This document shows, in pieces, positions 62,446 through 64,000 of a DNA stretch of 64,000 nt. Origin of the DNA: Aplysia californica (Eukaryota); the NCBI RefSeq assembly GCF_000002075.1, contig NW_004797825.1:455491-519490 (forward strand). Reading direction: 5' to 3'. The position numbers were made by a program, and so were the translations under genes. Positions within the stretch are counted from its first letter, which is position 1; the number at the start of each line of letters is the position of its first letter. The notes below the pieces were generated by a model, which saw only the letters and a program-made list of their open reading frames with translations, did not search any database and was not told the origin of the DNA.

Positions 62446-63129
62446 AAATGTTCTCAATTTCAACAAATTTAATCTATGTTCATCGCACTTAAGGCATTTA
62501 CAAATTTTTAAAGCTGTCTATAGATTTCACCAATTTTTGGTACATTTACAGAGAGCATATATTGTTATTTCATGTTTGTAAATTTCATCAAAGTCGGGAG
62601 AATGGTTGCAGAGATATTAAGTTACATCTATCGGATTCTCATTCCGTGGAGTGAGTGCAGGTAGACAAACCGGTAGCTGACCCCAGTCACACACACTGAC
62701 CCAGCAGCACACTGCCTGGCAAAACTAAACAACCGCAGAATGCGGTGATGTCGTTAAATCAGAAAGTGACAACGTAGACAGTGTTCGACAATGGTGGTAA
62801 TGTTATGCATAGTGGCCACGTTTTTTTCCAATCAGAAGGAAGGTGGCTCTTGATGAAAGGGTGTGAATTAAGCTCCTGTACTCAGTGTAGTAGTGCAGTG
62901 CAATTTTGGCCTGAGCAGTTGATTTGAGGAGATAAAAAGAGAAGGGATGCACTCACACTGAAATTAGACCAGCGTGTCAGTGTTCAGTTTTTGAATCTTC
63001 AAAAAAATTTGTCAGGCAATTCATGGCAATGGTAGTAGCAGTTAGAGGAAAAGGTTGCTGTACTATTAAAAGGGGTTATTCACATAGGAAAAAATATGTT
63101 ACACAAGCTTAGTAGGCTGATTGTATATA

Positions 63130-63700
63130 TTAGGCAGGGAAGTGGCTATTCTCACCTGGGGTGAGAATAAAAATACGATCTACCTCTCACCCCGGGTGAG
63201 ACTTCCAGCGTAGGCTATTCTCACCCGGTGTGAAACAAGACCTGTTTTTCCTCATTTTGGAATACTGTCTATCGGTGTGGATGATCAAATTGATAAAAGT
63301 CAAGAAAAAATTACATTATAGCACAAAAGTAAGCTAATTTGATCGTCTTCAAAGATGCTATGGCTATTTCACTTTTCGAATCGAGCCGAACTACGAGGGT
63401 CGCCATTTTGTTTTGCCTGGAAGTTCTCGCGCTACTCCTCTCTCTCTCTCTCTCTCTCCACTGCCCACAGACAAAATTGCACGCTTTTAGGCTAACACTA
63501 ACAGTAGTAATGGATCTAGAACGTTTGTTCACAGCACAGAATTCTATAATTCTGTTATCACAGTGTAGAATTATGTGGTTCAGGGTCAACGCTTCACTGG
63601 TTGGCCTAGGCTATAACGGTGAACGCCCACCGGGTGAGAATAGCCAAAAGACTCGCCTGCGCTATTCTCACCCGGGGTGAGAATAGAGGTGGCCGTTAGG
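63130..63700. mobile_element. Non-autonomous DNA element with palindromic subterminal repeats (CTATTCTCACC..GGTGAGAATAG)
   Basis: Five copies of the palindrome, clustered at 63145-63235 and 63626-63687. Confidence 0.6.
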
Positions 63701-64000
63701 CAGAGGTTGGTCTTTAATCAAGGCTGCCTAACTTTTATGTGGACACCACTGTAACAGTAATGCTGTATGTATATAAATAATACTTATTTCCAGGGCCTGC
63801 ATAGTATAGGCTAAAGGCCTACACCTAGATCAGGTACAGTATAATAGATTCTAGTCTCAATCTTGTGGGAACATTTCATTTGAGGAGAGAAGGGGCAGCA
63901 TCATTCCAAAGTTCTGTTCATGGACTTGTCATATACACTTTCATTTATCAACTAGATCTAGTGCCGCAAACATATAGCCATCGCAGTCATGAATCAGGTC

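Overview
Eukaryotic (invertebrate, probably lophotrochozoan) AT-rich genomic DNA with four N gaps (~3677-3870, 12415-12560, 40557-40655, 59487-59646). It holds two convergent protein-coding genes. (1) + strand: a 2.45-kb terminal coding exon (4651-7098) of a protein with six BPTI/Kunitz domains separated by Gly/Ser/Arg/Asn/Pro-rich linkers; its upstream exons were not found. (2) - strand: an apparently complete CFAP70/TTC18 (ciliary axoneme TPR protein) coding region, which I assembled by hand from 28 GT-AG exons with consistent phases (60178 to 15622; 3300 nt, 1099 aa), plus candidate microexons. Introns and intergenic DNA carry RTE-type LINE fragments, several tRNA-derived SINE families, MITEs (P-, hAT-, Tc1/pogo- and Sola-like by target-site duplication, TSD), a palindromic mariner relic, nested insertions and microsatellites. 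No prokaryote-type system (CRISPR, operon) is present. The most unusual observations are: an intronic minisatellite built from a CFAP70 3' splice site, a recursive-splice-like AG|GTGAGT at the start-codon exon, the intronless six-Kunitz array with varied P1 residues and an RGDS motif, and two side-by-side MITE insertions with separate 7-bp TSDs.
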